Shown here: positions 37,901 through 52,900 of the stretch, in pieces
Layout: every line of letters starts with the position of its first letter
Numbering within the stretch: position 1 is the stretch's first letter
Assembly (NCBI GenBank): GCA_030141605.1
Contig: JAQGDQ010000252.1
Span: 186,001-250,000 of the forward strand
DNA: 64,000 nucleotides
Reading direction: 5' to 3'
Origin: Tubiluchus corallicola
Lineage: Eukaryota; Animalia; Priapulida
Notes under the pieces: model-generated
Told to the model about the DNA's origin: nothing
The model's database searches: none
What the model saw: only the letters and a program-made list of their open reading frames with translations
Position numbers and translations under genes: made by a program

Positions 37901-40900
37901 TGAATTAAACAGCACTGATTTTTGCCTCTGGAATGTATCTCAATTCTTTTGCTTTCTATAGAAGTTTTTTCTTCGTTTAACGTCTCGCTTAACGTCGTTA
38001 TGCAAGTACTTACTGTATACTATACTAATTTTTTGCATTCCTGGAAATTAAAATCTGTTTTTATTGTAATAGTTTTATTTTATTTTCTTAGCTGTCTATG
38101 TTCTTTCCGATAATTTGCAGCTTTATTATGTCTTTTCTAGGCAAGAAATAAAATAAGTAACATACCAGCTTCACTTAACACAACGGGATTGGATAGAGAA
38201 GGTAGTATAGTTAGATTTTTTTGTTCTAGACAAATTAAACATATTTGGGAATAATTTATGCTCACCTACAGTGTCTTGCAGCATTGTGAGCAAGGTATAG
38301 TTGCTAACTTACAATAAATTTACTGTTTTCAAAACTTTGAGCTAATCATGTTCACAGGTCTCCTGCCAAGAATCAAATTCTTTTTGCAATATTTCATCTG
38401 CATCATGATCGCTGCTTTGTCATTAACGAGTAACCGATAATTGTATAATACCAATAGTTCCAAATTAATTATGTGTTAATTATGTAATAAGTAAGTATAT
38501 CTATGACATAGTTGCCAGATACTGACTTTTGAGCCAGAATATACACAGTTTACACTGTCGTACTGTTAATTTTCAATTTTGTGTATGCACTTTTTGCGCT
38601 AGATCTTCTGCTAGAACTGAACAATTCGCAGGGAATTCTGAAGAAATTTATGAATAACACTATGGGGCCTATTGATAATGTAAGAAGCTTACACTTCATA
38701 GCTTTACTAATGTTTGCATTACTTCTTTTATTCATTTACTGTGTTTTTCTCAATCAGTACCTACTTGGTTTACCTATTTTTGTGTGCATTGGATTTTGTT
38801 GCATTAACTATCTGTCAATAAGCCTGTTGTCCTATGCCTCATCTTGTCTTCGTGTGTCTTAGTATTTTATGTACAGTTTCTGCTATATTTTGATATTTTG
38901 TTTGTAAACATTTTGCTTTAATATGCAAGTGTAGTAAGGAACTCCTAAATGTTACCTTTTAAAATGTATTATCTTAATCACTGCTTGCAGTAAATTACCT
39001 GGTTAATATTGAATTCTGTTTAGGTGTTTGAAGCTTTTAACTATTATGCTGAAAAATCTGTTGAAATACTAAAGAGGGCTATGGACACTCTTTCTATGTA
39101 CAGTGAAATTTATAGGTATTGTTTAATGCATTAGTTGTACTATGTTTAATAACCACAGTTTGTTGAAGATGATTGTAATTCTTGTAAATTACGACACTAT
39201 AGTGTAACAAGAATGTGGTTAGCGGTTACTGTTACTCCTAGTGTATGTTACTCCTACTGATTTTAAGTTTAAAAATAAAAGCCCAAAATGGAGATTGTCA
39301 AAATCCTGTAAATAAAATGTTCATAAATCTGTAACTAACTGCGACTATATTTGTTTTTTATGTATCTTTGAATAAGCATTCACTGGTATGTACACTTTAC
39401 ATACTTCTTTTGTCATTAAATGCTTTCCTGTTTTTAAGGTCCCCCGACGTAGATAGTCTGGGGATGCTACAATATCATGGAGTGTCCATCGTCCATCATC
39501 AGTCCACAATTTGAGTTTAATTAAGTTATATGCAAGCGCTAGGAGTAACTTTGAGTTTGTGACCTTAAGGCAACATCCTGGTTAAAGGTCTTTGTTCTTG
39601 ACAGCATGTCCAGAACAGCTGCAAGTGATAGAAATGTGGCTGTACTGCTATACTGGTGTAAGGATCCGAGTCGTCTCGATGTTGTACATTATATTATCAG
39701 GTTATGTGTAATTTAGTTACGTATATTGCTATTTATATAAAGTGCAATCACATCACTTAGTTTTGTCTTCAAGTTAATGGTTCGTATACCATTTTTAATA
39801 TAAAATAATGAATTGACAGTATATGGGAGGGTGGATTCAATTAGAGCAAGAGTGATAAGAAATGTGTCCTATTTATTAAAGTGATTTAAAATCAGTTCTG
39901 TTTTTTAGTGTGATGTGAAGCTGCTGTAATATTTTTGTTAAAATCTCAAAAAGTACAAAAATATAGCACAGTATGTATTGCAATACGACAGAACATGTCA
40001 CTGTATAGATATTACAATATTGGAATCATAATCATTACCCGACACTCAAAACCATTTGATTATTTTTCTGAGTTTTTTTGCTTTTAGAGGTTATGCCATA
40101 CTTGCTTTCGTGTTGATTCCTGTTTTCATAACAGTAGTAGGTGTCGGTGGAGTAGCATTTGGTTGCATTGGACGAATTACCAGCCATGGCAGCTATTGCA
40201 GAAATTCTTGTTCTGGAACTGGGGCAAATATGATAATGATGTATGTATTGCTCGTAACATGTTCTTTATATTTAAGACTATCATTTAATTGATATTTGTT
40301 GCCTTGCATGCTCTTATATGGTTTATCTAAGCAGTAATGTTCTATATGAACAACCATAGACAAGCGGTTTTGTGAAATGAGACCAGTTCATAAATTCCAA
40401 CATTCCACACACAGTTTTCCTGAAAAAACTGTTCATTCAATGAAACTAAGTATGCGTAACAACAATAACCATAGCACCAACAGTAGCAACAGCAGTAGTA
40501 GCAGTAACAATAACAACATCATCATTATCATCATCATCATCATCATAAACATCATCATCATCATCAACAGCAATGACAATGACTATAACCACAACAATTT
40601 TTTAACTAACTGCAAGGAAAATTAATTAGAACATTTTATTTGTACAGTGATCGACTGAGTATCTAATAAGCGTATTCAAGTTTTTATCACTACGTATAAG
40701 TTGACAAACTAAGAATATTTGTTTCGCTTTAGACTTTATTTTGTGGAATGCCAAAGACTAGTAATAATTATTAGATCAGTAGCTGCTGTAAATCATGTTA
40801 CCTAACTTTCTAATCACAATTATTGTCAATAACCAAAATTACTGCTACAAGAATTGTGTCATCCTGTTGAGTTCCCTACTGCCCTTATACGTAAAAACTA

Positions 40901-43900
40901 TGTACTCCACTGAACATTCCTCTTGGGAGCTTGTGTCATATATTGGGTGACACCAAAAAATGTACAAAAGTTTAGACTACAACAGTATTAGGAGCAATTA
41001 CTGTATAAAACTTCACAATGTGATAATGCAATACATTAACTTTTGGTTGTAAAAGTTACAAGTTTATATTTTTAGTAGTTTTCAAGTGACTGCTGAAAAA
41101 ATTAATAGTCAGGACAATTATCGCCTAATCTCCAACTGAAAAACAGCCAGGTTGATTAGAAATCACTCAATACATAGCAACGAAACAGTAAAGAAATCAG
41201 CTAGTTTGCATCAACGTCTTCACAACAAAAAATAAAGTACTGATAAAGATTTGTTGTTAAAGAAAAAATTGTACTTATTCATCTGGGTTACTTTTTCTGG
41301 AATTACCTTAAAGAGAAACTGTATGAAGACTGGACAGAGCCGTTTGATGCAGAGGAACTGAAGGTGAAAATTGATGAGTGGTACCCTTCAAGGAGTAGGA
41401 AACCGTGCCGGCTGTTGGAAAAAATGCCTTCATCTAGTTTGCATTGACAATGGTGCACATTTGCAGCATTTGTTGCAAATTTTAACAATAGTGATACTAA
41501 AATTTTCCTGGCATTTATTTTTCTGACATGTTGATTTAAAACGTGTTTATTTTTAGAAAAATCTGAGGGAAAAACATGAAATTTTTGCTGTAACTATTGG
41601 CAAAACACACAGCCCTAGAATAACTTAGTCACTCTTACAGATGGCTGAATGTGATCTCTCTGTGTGTGTCGCGAAAAGATAATCATGCCAAGAGTTTAAA
41701 AAACAAGATATTTTGCATTAAATAGAGGTTATCAATCAAGCAATGCTACTGTGGTTAAAAAATCTCAGCATAACATGTGTTTTCAAGAAATTTAAGTTCG
41801 TGGTCTGGATGGGATGAGAGGTTTGGGAATGGAGTTTGGGATGGGACCGAATGTTCGGGAATGGTGTTCGAAGTTTAAGAAAAGTTCGGGGTCGGAATCA
41901 TGGTGACTCTTATCTCAAATGCCGCTGTTTGAGAATCGCTTGCCTTGAATCTATCTACTTCTTTTGGCAATGTTATTATACTCCTACTTAAAATTCAGGC
42001 TCAGAGCAAACATGGTATTTGCCTGCTACATATTGGAATCATTTTTTCTGGTTAGGACTTGTCAGAATGCTTTTCTAAATTGAGAATTGCACACTGTATA
42101 TATGAAATTGTTCAAGCAACTGTTGAATGTACCTATACAAGAATGTGTAGCATCAGTGACAGTGATGCTTCTGGATGTACAGCAGATAATGACACTGAAT
42201 TGGTCAACGTAAAATGGCAGCCACCAACCAAAAAAAAAAACAGTTGCTGCTACAGCTAATTTTACAGTTGCTCATATGTGATTTTTATTTTGCAATTCAT
42301 TTAAAGGCCACTCGCTGTCTCGTATTCCTCGCATCTGTTTTCGAAGCACCTTCCATATCCTTGTGTACATCAGAGTAAGTATAGCAAATGGGATAAAATA
42401 AAATGAATCCAGTAAGAGAATAATTGAAAGCTATCCATCTAGATTCATCAATAAGTATAAGAATGACATTGGCCACATACACACTGTATATTTAACAGAT
42501 TTCTCTGTCACGTATATTATATTTCAGCGGTTGTATGATAGTTGTATACCATTCTGATGCTATGGCAACAATGTGACTAATGCTTGCATTTATGCTTAAG
42601 ACACCCAACAACATAATCGGGTAGGAAATAATTGAAAATCCGGCACTTCCCATTTTTAGAAAACGGGCATAAACGATGTATTTATACGAACTATCACATC
42701 AATAACAACAAGTGAAGCAACTAGTTTGTTTTTGTTCTTAGCTGCTGCGACTGATATATAGCTAAAAGTACTAAAATATTACCTGGCACTGCAGTCACAA
42801 ATATGAACACCAACAAAGCAATTTCAACGTTAGCAGTAGTACCAATTTGGCTCCTTGAATAACTGACATTTAGTACCTCGGAATTGTTGACAAGTATCAT
42901 GTTTGACATTTTGTTAGTTTTTAGCAAGTTAATTAAATCCATGGAAATTTTTCTGTTTCTGCTGGACTTTAACTGTTAAAGGTCTTTGGCGAAAGTTTTT
43001 ACAAATGTTCAACATTTGATTATTCATGAGATTTTTTATCTTTGTCTTACATATTTTGGTTAAACATGCTAAATGCACAACAACTAACACTTTTATTGTA
43101 CATTAGTGAATATTGCTGCTGTGTGAATGTACGTACTTTGAGCTTGTGTGTAACACCTGTTTTTGTTACAAATGCATTACATAGTGTGTGGTTGACAAGG
43201 AACATAATAAAACATCTGAAAAGTTTTATTTTTGATGGTGATAATGTATTCATCTAAAATTGTTTCAGTTTTGCTACTTGTTGATTCAGCAGCTTGTGTT
43301 CTAAAAACTGCTTTGTGATTTGCTTGCAATAGTCAAGATTTACTAAGTGCAAGACTAGCATTTAATTATTTATAACTGTTTATTATTATTTATTATTTAT
43401 TAATATTATGTGTATGTTACTATCTTAAGTTTGTGTTTATGTACATTCATGTTGTACCATTGGGTTTATACATCAAGGTTTGATGTTGTGTCATTGGTTT
43501 AAATTGTTGAGTTTGACTTGAGTAATAGTGTTCTTGATAAGGTGGTATAGGTTTTTATTTGTAGTGCTGTATATGTGTGTAATTGTATCTTTATAATCGG
43601 TGTATGCATTCTGCGATTTGTAATTATGATTACCCAATAAAATATAAGATAAAATATAAAAATATAATCTGTGTTCAATAATGACAGCAAAACTTGCTGT
43701 CGAATGTCAACTAAACTTGAGTTTTGCAAAGAGCAACTGTTTTTTAATATTAAATATAATATAATATATATTATATTTAATATAAAATAGGTATTTTGAT
43801 TTGGTAACGTTAAAGTAACCTTGTCATCTTCAAGTTCTGTGCACAATAATACAACTTCTGTGCCAGTGGCGACTCATGTATAGGCATTGTGGAACTGCAG

Positions 43901-46900
43901 CACCCCCTTTTTTCACTCGATATTATTGATAACATACAATATAATGAGTCTTTTTTCTTTAATTTCTTCTTTATACTTAAACATGGTTGTAAATCCTTGT
44001 GTGGAACTGTGCGTTTCACAGTTCCAGTAATGCAGTATTTGGCTATTATGCGCATACTACCATGCGATTGCACATGTGTCGGAGACAAGGTGTTGCTTGC
44101 CAGGCAGAGAGAGCACCGTCACTCATGCAATGCCAACCCTGTTGTCTATGGAGAAAATGGAGAAAATTATTAATTTTCATTTTACACAGAATTAAAACAA
44201 TGGTTAAACATTTTCTGAAACAGCATCCCCACTAATTTAAGCCATGAGCAGCCACTGTTCTGTGCGAAATAGGGTGATATGTAGGTGATACTGCTTTATG
44301 TAACTAAAGGGTTTCCTGAAGCTTTAATTTATGAAGCAGTTAAAAAAAGTTCATGTTGCTAAGTTAGCAGACCAATCAAGAAATTATTCTTTTACAGATC
44401 TGCTTACACGATGTGTTACATGGTTGGGTTCTATTGCCTGCTGTTTATCACATTCTTTATGCTTTCCGTCATTATCTTACTGGTGTGCCACGATGTCAAA
44501 AACATGTTTGCTTTTGAACAAATGGATAATCCCGATTTCTGGGAAGGCAGGACTCACCCTCTTCATTCCATTTTCCCAGAAAAAGTTGGATTCAAAGATG
44601 TCGTCCAGTAAGTTGCAACATGTTAATTAGTAGTTGTTATTTTACATTTAATATTCATTATTCTAGTTTGCCATTTGGTGGCACTATGAATAAAGACCGT
44701 ACAAATGTTGTGCTGGTCACATGTTGTTTTCTGTTGTTTTTCACATTTGTGTAAATAGTTAACATGAGACGACATTTGTTTCACATTTCCAAGTAAAAGT
44801 ATTTCTAATAATTCAGTTTTCCTTTTAAATGTTTTATGACATTCAAGATAAATACTTTTTCTACATTTAGACAATGATTTACATGTAAAGTTTTGAAACA
44901 ACTGCTTCGTCATGGCATCATTTGTGCCAAAAGATATCATTTTTTATTAGTTTTGGTAATAGCATGTTGTCTACTGCACACGCCAGGTGATATTTGTGTT
45001 GTGTGCTTTCAGAAAATTCTTACGTCGCTATACAGTGTATAATTGATAATTACAGAAATACGATCTCATAGAATTTTTAAAAATGCGTTTATTGGAGAGC
45101 ACAAAGTCTTGCCATGTGATTGTGAAATTTATTTTCTTAACTTGTATGAATAAACAATTATTGTTAAACAATTTTTAGTAAATCAACCTAGATAAGTGAG
45201 TATGTAATGTGCAAGGTTTTCACTGCTATTAAAATTGAAAGTCTTTTTGAAATGCTTAGTCATCTAATCTACTCCAGAGAAGTTTAGTTAGCTTATTTAT
45301 TTTTCTTGGCTGAATTTCAACAACTCGTTATAGTTGATGAGTCATTAATGGTCTTAATACATGATTGTTGCTATTAGTGATGGAATAAATCCATATTTTG
45401 AATTTTGAAACCATTTTTTCTTGAAAGAAAAGTATATAAAAAGTTTGGATATAGCCTGGATTTGAACCAAGAACCCTTCACTTGTAAAGCAAATGTCAGG
45501 ATCAAATGCAAGAGCAACTGTACATCCTTATACTACTGCCCAGCTATAAGGATTTAATCGATCTGGTGGAATCATTGGTACAAGGAGCCATGACATTCAT
45601 CTTGTAGGCGAGACGTCCTTGATTCAAATCCAGGTCGTGTCACAACTTTTATTTCTTCCAAGCAAGTTAAAAAATTCACTAACTGTGGGTGTATTCTGTC
45701 ACCTCATTTTAGTGTGACTCTCTTTCTCTCTGAGATAATAGGAGTGACAATTTTTTTCATTTTAGACATTTATTGCATCATCGTGTTGTGGAAATGCCGA
45801 AAACAACAATAATAATTATTAATTGATAATTATTGTTTTGTAGAGCATTCAAGGAAAACCAAACATTTTACGATATCTTGAATCTGGGAGATAGCTTCAA
45901 TACAAGTGATTTTGCTTTAAGCAATTTTTCTTCCGTAAGTAGCATGCATGTGCAAAGTTGCAGCATTGTACTTTCGAATGAATTATAATTTTTAATTACC
46001 AAATGATAAAGGCATTGGTTAGTCCAAGAAGGATACTAGTTGTTGGGTAAATTTACTGCCAACTTACAAATTATATTATTTTTATAGTATATTTATATAG
46101 CCTAAAACAAAGCCCAGCAATGTAGTGTGATTAAATGTATAAATTTTATCTGACAAACATGTAAGCCTAAACATGCATTGAGCATTGTAATTGCGTCAAC
46201 TTTCAGTATTAATTTTACATTTGCAGCTAAACATGTTATTCTCTGAACAGGTAGATTTGAAAATAAACTGCAGTGGGTTGACAGGTGTCAAAACAAATTC
46301 AGCACTTTGCAATATTTCTCTCCATTGCACATGCTTTTATCACACTTTTACCAAATTGGCAAGTCCATATTTGCGCTTTGAGTTATGGCGAGAACATAAG
46401 TTCAAGGTGTTTTATTGCAGAAAAGACTCTTTGACCCTCATGATATGTGGCATTTTTAGGCTTTCACAAAAAATATTTATTGTAAATCTTTGTTAGGTCA
46501 TTATAGTAGCAAGTTTTACATCTTGCAGGCCAAGTTGTGGTAAGCTTTTGTTATAACATGAAACAAGTGTATTTAATAACATGACGCAAGTGTTAAAAGT
46601 ACAATAGTTCAAAACACATAACATATTGATAGTTATAGTATCATCGCAACTTGTCCAGATTGGTAACTGTTTGCTAAGTGCACACTGCATTTCAATGGTT
46701 CACACTATGAACTAAGACTATTAACGTCTATGACAGAAGAAGATTTTTAATGCCTATTGGTGTGTTGACATTTGAGCTCACCATACCTTGTGATTATCTC
46801 GGTTTGATCCACTTAATCTTCTAGCAAGTTGAATGTTACATGTGAACACATTTGTTTTGAACAGAAATGAGAAAATAATGGTTCCTATGAAGTTGCATCT

Positions 46901-49900
46901 CTATTAGAAAAACTTACAGCAATTAACAAATTCTAGCAGTTCATTTTATTTACAATGTTTTTAGGGATTGAATATGAATGCTATGAATGAATCTGGTACG
47001 GATATTCTAAGTTCTTTAGTCATACATGATAATGACACTTCAGCAGCTCATAAAAATATTCTAGAAACAGCAAATGCGTATCCAGTGAGTAATACCGATA
47101 GTGTTTCTCAGGTGAGATTTCAGTGGTTAATTATTTACAGTTTTGTTTGATCACATTAAACTAAGGATTTTCTTTTATAGTTGATGACTATTACTGCATT
47201 ATAGTATTTTTAGATATCTCAAGCTCTACATAATTTGTCCGAGTTGAATCTCACGCAAGTTATACAGAATGCTGCCGACCAAATGAATGTCAAATCTTAC
47301 GCAGTAAGTTTCATTTACGATTGCGATGCGGTTTAAAAATACTAATTGTTTTCACCATATTTGATATATAATATAATTACATTTCTTATTAGTTATGGCT
47401 ACAATTATTTGTGATAATTTTACATTTTTTGTGTTTTGTATGTGCTTTTATTGCTGGTAGTCAACTTTCTGTTTTACGATAAATTGTTTCCTATGTTCTT
47501 GCAAAATTTACTTGCAAATTAAGTAGTTAAACAGTTCCTTAATTTTATTTTTAGATTTATAAACTTGCCTATGGCAATCTTACAAACTCTACCAACATAC
47601 TGATGCAGAATACCGTTATCCCTGCCCAGAAGTTATCAGTAAGTCTCTTTAGCAGTTGCAAGTTTCGCAATGAAATGTTGAATACTTTCTTATTCGCACT
47701 TCATGCGCTTGTTTTTTCAGAGAAACAATTTTACAGTACAGTCTTGCATATAAGGTAGAGCTGAAATTTTAATTATATTTTACAATTCTAATTAGCTTTT
47801 GAAAAATTCGAGTCATTGTTTTAAAATTGCATAGGGTATGTACTCATAAGAATGATTAATGACAGTCATACTTGTAGTTAACTGACTTAAAGGAAAACTT
47901 TACAATTTTTCAGACCCTATGCCATTTTGAGGTATGACAAAAAATATACATTTATCACTGAAGATAATGCCAAAGTATGTCTGATAATTAAATATTAGCT
48001 TAGAAACTTCTTTAATGATGAGTGTGCACAGCTGGCGATAATGTTACAGTTGAACGTAGTTTTTAACAACAGAAAGTTTCTCGAGCTTGTTGCATGTGTC
48101 TGTAAAAGCAAAAATCTAAATAGAATGCTGCTGCACAACATCAACTAAGTTTCACCCCAACTCGCCCAATTTTAAGTTAAAAAATTAAAATTCCAAGTCT
48201 ATCACTGTGTTGATGCAAATGTGTGCCACGTCACAAGTGAAATGTGTTCTTGTGATCAGGTACAGTGGTTATTTTTTATGTAATGCATTTCTGAGAGCAG
48301 CACATTTACCCATCTAACAAAGAATAGAGAAATGCAAACAATTGTGATAAACTAACTGTGCAAACACGAAATTAGGCTTCGCGTTTCTTTAGCGTAAGTC
48401 ATTCTTCGCAACAATATGTTCCCTATCAATACTTTGTAGAATATATCAATGTATTATATATTCCAGGATAATACATTGATACATATATATTAACAAAATT
48501 CCACATTTTCAATGCATGTACATATTATCTATTGTTATCTGCAGATCTTTGTATATCAAAAAGTCGAGCGTTTTATTCCAATTCAGAATTTTATTTGTAA
48601 GTATATTCGTAAGAATTAAAATGGTATCTTCCTTAATGAATGACGTTAATAATTTCCCTTTACGATAATGAAGTTTTGCTTACTAATAAATATTTACTTA
48701 CTTACTTAATTACCATTATCATTATCTGCAGTTGCTATTAGTTTTATATGATTTACTTTATCTTCCAGGAAGAATTAACAGCAAATTTAACACTTTCTGA
48801 TACTTACAATACACAACTAAAGGTAATAACATTATTTGCTTAATTTACTTCATTAATAATATTTAGAATAAAACCATTATTAAAATAATATCTTATAAGC
48901 AAATGTGCAAAAATAAAACCATGCTTTACAATACTGTACTCAGTGTACTGTTTCAATTAAATGTACATATTTGTTTTTGAAAGAAAAGACAGGTCATTTA
49001 CTAAAACCATATTTATAAATACAGTAGGTGCCGCTTAGACTCATTCGCTTAATTGACTCAGAAATGCCTGAAATGGGTTGCTTCTATTCAAATATACATA
49101 AAAATATCGGAAGTTGACTCATATAACTCTGCATAATTTCTTCAATATTTTTCCTTCACCTACTTAAAATAAGATATTTGTATGCCCCAAAAGAGCCTTT
49201 CCTACTTTTATGTCATCTTTACTTCCTTTTTGTGCCATATGTATGCACGTACCTGTTTATAAGCAGGTACGTTTGTCATGCACTAATACGCTAGCGTAGC
49301 GGTTTTGCTTTGAATCTGTTACGCGCTCGCCCACTGTTACCCAAAGAATTTCTGGAAGCTAAACATTTAATCACTTGCCTAGCGGTTTCCTTTTGATGCT
49401 CTAGTTGCAAATCAGGCTTTCAGGCTTAATGAGTTAACCGTCAAAGATGCAGATACAGTAATCAGCCGGTATTCCTTGTGACTTACAAGAGTAAACATCG
49501 TACAGCAAATAAGGGCAATGTAAGTGAGCAGGCGATTTAGCTGTTTTAGTCACACACAACAGATTTTCTACGTTTTTATAATTGGGCCAACTTCTTCGCG
49601 AAAAAATGAAGTAGCCGACTTTGAAGGAATTTTTGTAATTTTTGCAAATAAACAGACTTAGAAAAGTCTGTGATTTAGAAAAGTATACTTTTTAATTTAT
49701 TGCTAATTCACTTATATAAGTTAATATTTTAAAATATTCTTTCTAATTTTTAACTGAACAAAGGAATTTAGACATTACTTCGTTTCTAAAATTCATTGAA
49801 AACCTTTGCATTTGCAATGCATAGTAAGCAGATGACTCATGCTCTATTACGTCGGCCCCAAAGTGAGTCTATTACGTGGCGCCTACTGTAGCAAATTTAA

Positions 49901-52900
49901 AAATCTTAAGTCTTTGTGACAGCAAGTTGACAGTGTGTACTTGCAATATTATTCATCCATAGCTAGAAAGTACCTTAACAAATGCATAAGTGGTAATTAT
50001 CAAAATGCATTTCTAATATAAACAACAGTATAATGTAATGGCTTGCAGACAGATTTGTTGTACATTGTCATGTATTCTCTGTCTTCTGACAGTTTCTTCT
50101 GAACATGACATTTTCAACGGATTACGTTCTCTAAAATGTCATCCGCAGTTGACAATGCTGACTACGTTTCCAGAGAAAGCTCTTCCTAACTGGATTTTAC
50201 GTTATCTACGAGTACAAAGAATAGTGCATGAAAGAATTGCCCCTGCATCTATCAAACACTTTTAAGAACATTGTGGCACACAAACCTCTCAAAGCAATTG
50301 CTTTGTCGGCTATGATTACCGTTTTTGTACTTTGAGATCCGTATTTTTCAGAAAGCTACAGCTGAGATGCACTCGCTATTCGATGAATTACAGAACTACC
50401 TCAATATCGATGCAATAGACGATTTTGGAGAAGTAATTGGCTACTTCTTTTAAGAGATTCTATTTTAAGTTTGGTTTAAATAAGAATCTGATTTTAATCT
50501 GTAACTTCAAATAATACGAAACGTAGTTAAAATCAAGAGAGTGGCAGAAATAGAAATGATTTTGTTAGCTAGTAGTATTGCTTTTATTCTCGTTGACATT
50601 ATCCAACTGTAAAAATCACAATTCTAATATGTTTGGTGATTGAATGTATCTAAAAATGGATTATCCTTCATTTCAGAGTGCTGTTTCATTCAAGGAGGGT
50701 ATTATAAAGATAGTGACAGAGTATTTAGACAACTTAGTGCTTTCTGTAAGTATAAAATTACTGTTGTGTCATGAAAAAACATTTAAGTAGGCCATCCTAT
50801 TTGAAATGTGTCCAACTTCTGCTTTAATTGCACTGTAGTAACTAATCTATTCATTAATTATTTCATTAATAATTCGTTAGTAATTCATTAATTAATTTAT
50901 ACACAGCAATTAATTTTGATATGTTTGAACGATTTATAGCTATGTTTATATGATGTTTGTTTTAAATGCAGTGTGAGAAAAGCAGCAACATAAACCAAAT
51001 TCATTTAGTTGCACAAACTCACTCTGAACTTTATTATTGATTGCTTTTCCATGTACACTACCTTGTGAATGACTTGATTAAACTAGAAAGCTCAAACCAA
51101 CTAAACCTGGTTAACCTTGAGCACTGCAACAGAAACCAATCAAGTGAGAAAATTATTACATTCAGGAACTGTATTATCACTTCCTCTGCTGTTACTGAAA
51201 AGAGTTTATAAAGTTCGTTCAATTTGCTCTTTGTAGTTTTGTACAATAATAATAGTGATGTAGAATAGAAAGAAATAGCACCTTTTTTGAGCGAGCCATC
51301 GTGTTATATACATTTTTAGAGTTTTCTCCAGTAATAATAGTCGTATGGCGCGGAAAGGAAGGCTCGCTTTATTTTGAGTGAACCAGTTTTACTCCTGTCC
51401 TGTCCATAGTGCAGCCATATAGGGAAGCTATGCTTATTTCTATGTTTGCGAAAAATGTTTAGAAGGATTTAGTAATAAAAGTGTGATAAGTGCTTCGTGT
51501 AATTACTAAAATCACTTTAGTCATGATCATCACAATTTCACACTTGGATGCTTCCATTTCGCTCTTTGGCACCACCCGTTTTGAATACCCATTCTTGCAG
51601 CAGTAATGTCATTCTTTGGCTGAGGAAATGCAGTGTACTGTCAGCTTACATCAAAAGTATAAATAGTGTTTTACAAAAAATTACAAATTTCTGATATTTC
51701 TGTGTGAACTGAATTAATTTAAGCAGTACATGCTTACGGATGCCCTTTCAAAAAGTCACGAAGTTCACCACTAGTGTCATGTTTATCAATTGAATGGTGG
51801 CTTCTACTGGGTTTGAAAATTTCTGTACAGTAGTAATTTAAAGTAACTTTATACTTTTTTGCAAATTTCTTTGTTATAATTTTCTAGGTTTAAGTGGTAA
51901 CGATAAAATGAACCAACATGCTAAGCGATTTTTCTTTTCTTTAAAGAAATAATGTTTAATGCAGTTTAACCAATATGCCATGAGACTTACTGTTGATTAC
52001 CTGTACATAGCTACTTTTGTAATTTTAAGTAGTAGCTCATCTGTTGTATTAGTGCAGGATATAGGTAGACAGCCACTACCAGGCAGCAGTAGACAAGGGA
52101 TATGGAAGAATGCTTTTCATTAGCCACATGATCAGTAAAATAGAGAGCACTTGGCAGAGATTTTCTTCTGCAGCGTTGGGTGAAAATGTGCATTTGGTTT
52201 TACGACAGTGGACCATTATTCACTTTGACTACACCCAACCTTCTAATCAATCTAGATTTTTAGAATTTTGAAGCATGATTTCTACTGAAAAAAGTTTTAC
52301 TTAATAATTATTGTTAACAATGATTTTGTTTCTTATAGTTGAAACATGACATTGGGCGTTCTGGCTTGTTCTATGACATTATTATTGCCGCTGTTCAGAT
52401 CTTAAGCTTATCTGTAGCTGATCCACTAGTAAGTTTAATACGACACTACGCATTATTTTGTTAATGTGGTCAACTTCTGAGAATGCCAGTTAGATTAATA
52501 TGAACTGTCTCTTATCAGGTGGCACAGAAAACATATCCCGAAGTTTAGACTGCAACAATATTAGAAGTGAATGGTCTATAAAATTGAAATTTCACAACAC
52601 GATATTACATTATGTTGACTTTTTGCTTTAAAGGTTACAAGTTTATAGTTTTAGTGGCTTTTAAGCTATGACAAAGTCTTTTGGATGTTAAAAAAAATGC
52701 CAAAGCACTTGCCAGCTAATCATCAACTGGAAAACAGCCACATTCAGTGATGTATAAAGTGAAACATGGAACAAAACAATAAAGGAATCAACCAGTTTAC
52801 ATCATGGTCATCAGAAAACATAAGGCTTTGATAAAAATTTGTTACCTAGAAAAAGGATTTAATCCTCTGAATTACAGTATCAGGGATTCCCTTAGAAAGT

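Noticed and set aside
45440-45650. Functional tRNA genes
   Set aside because: Only B-box/T-arm similarity; no credible cloverleaf or A-box.
48444-48481. 14-bp stem hairpin
   Set aside because: Almost all A/T; plausible by chance or local slippage.
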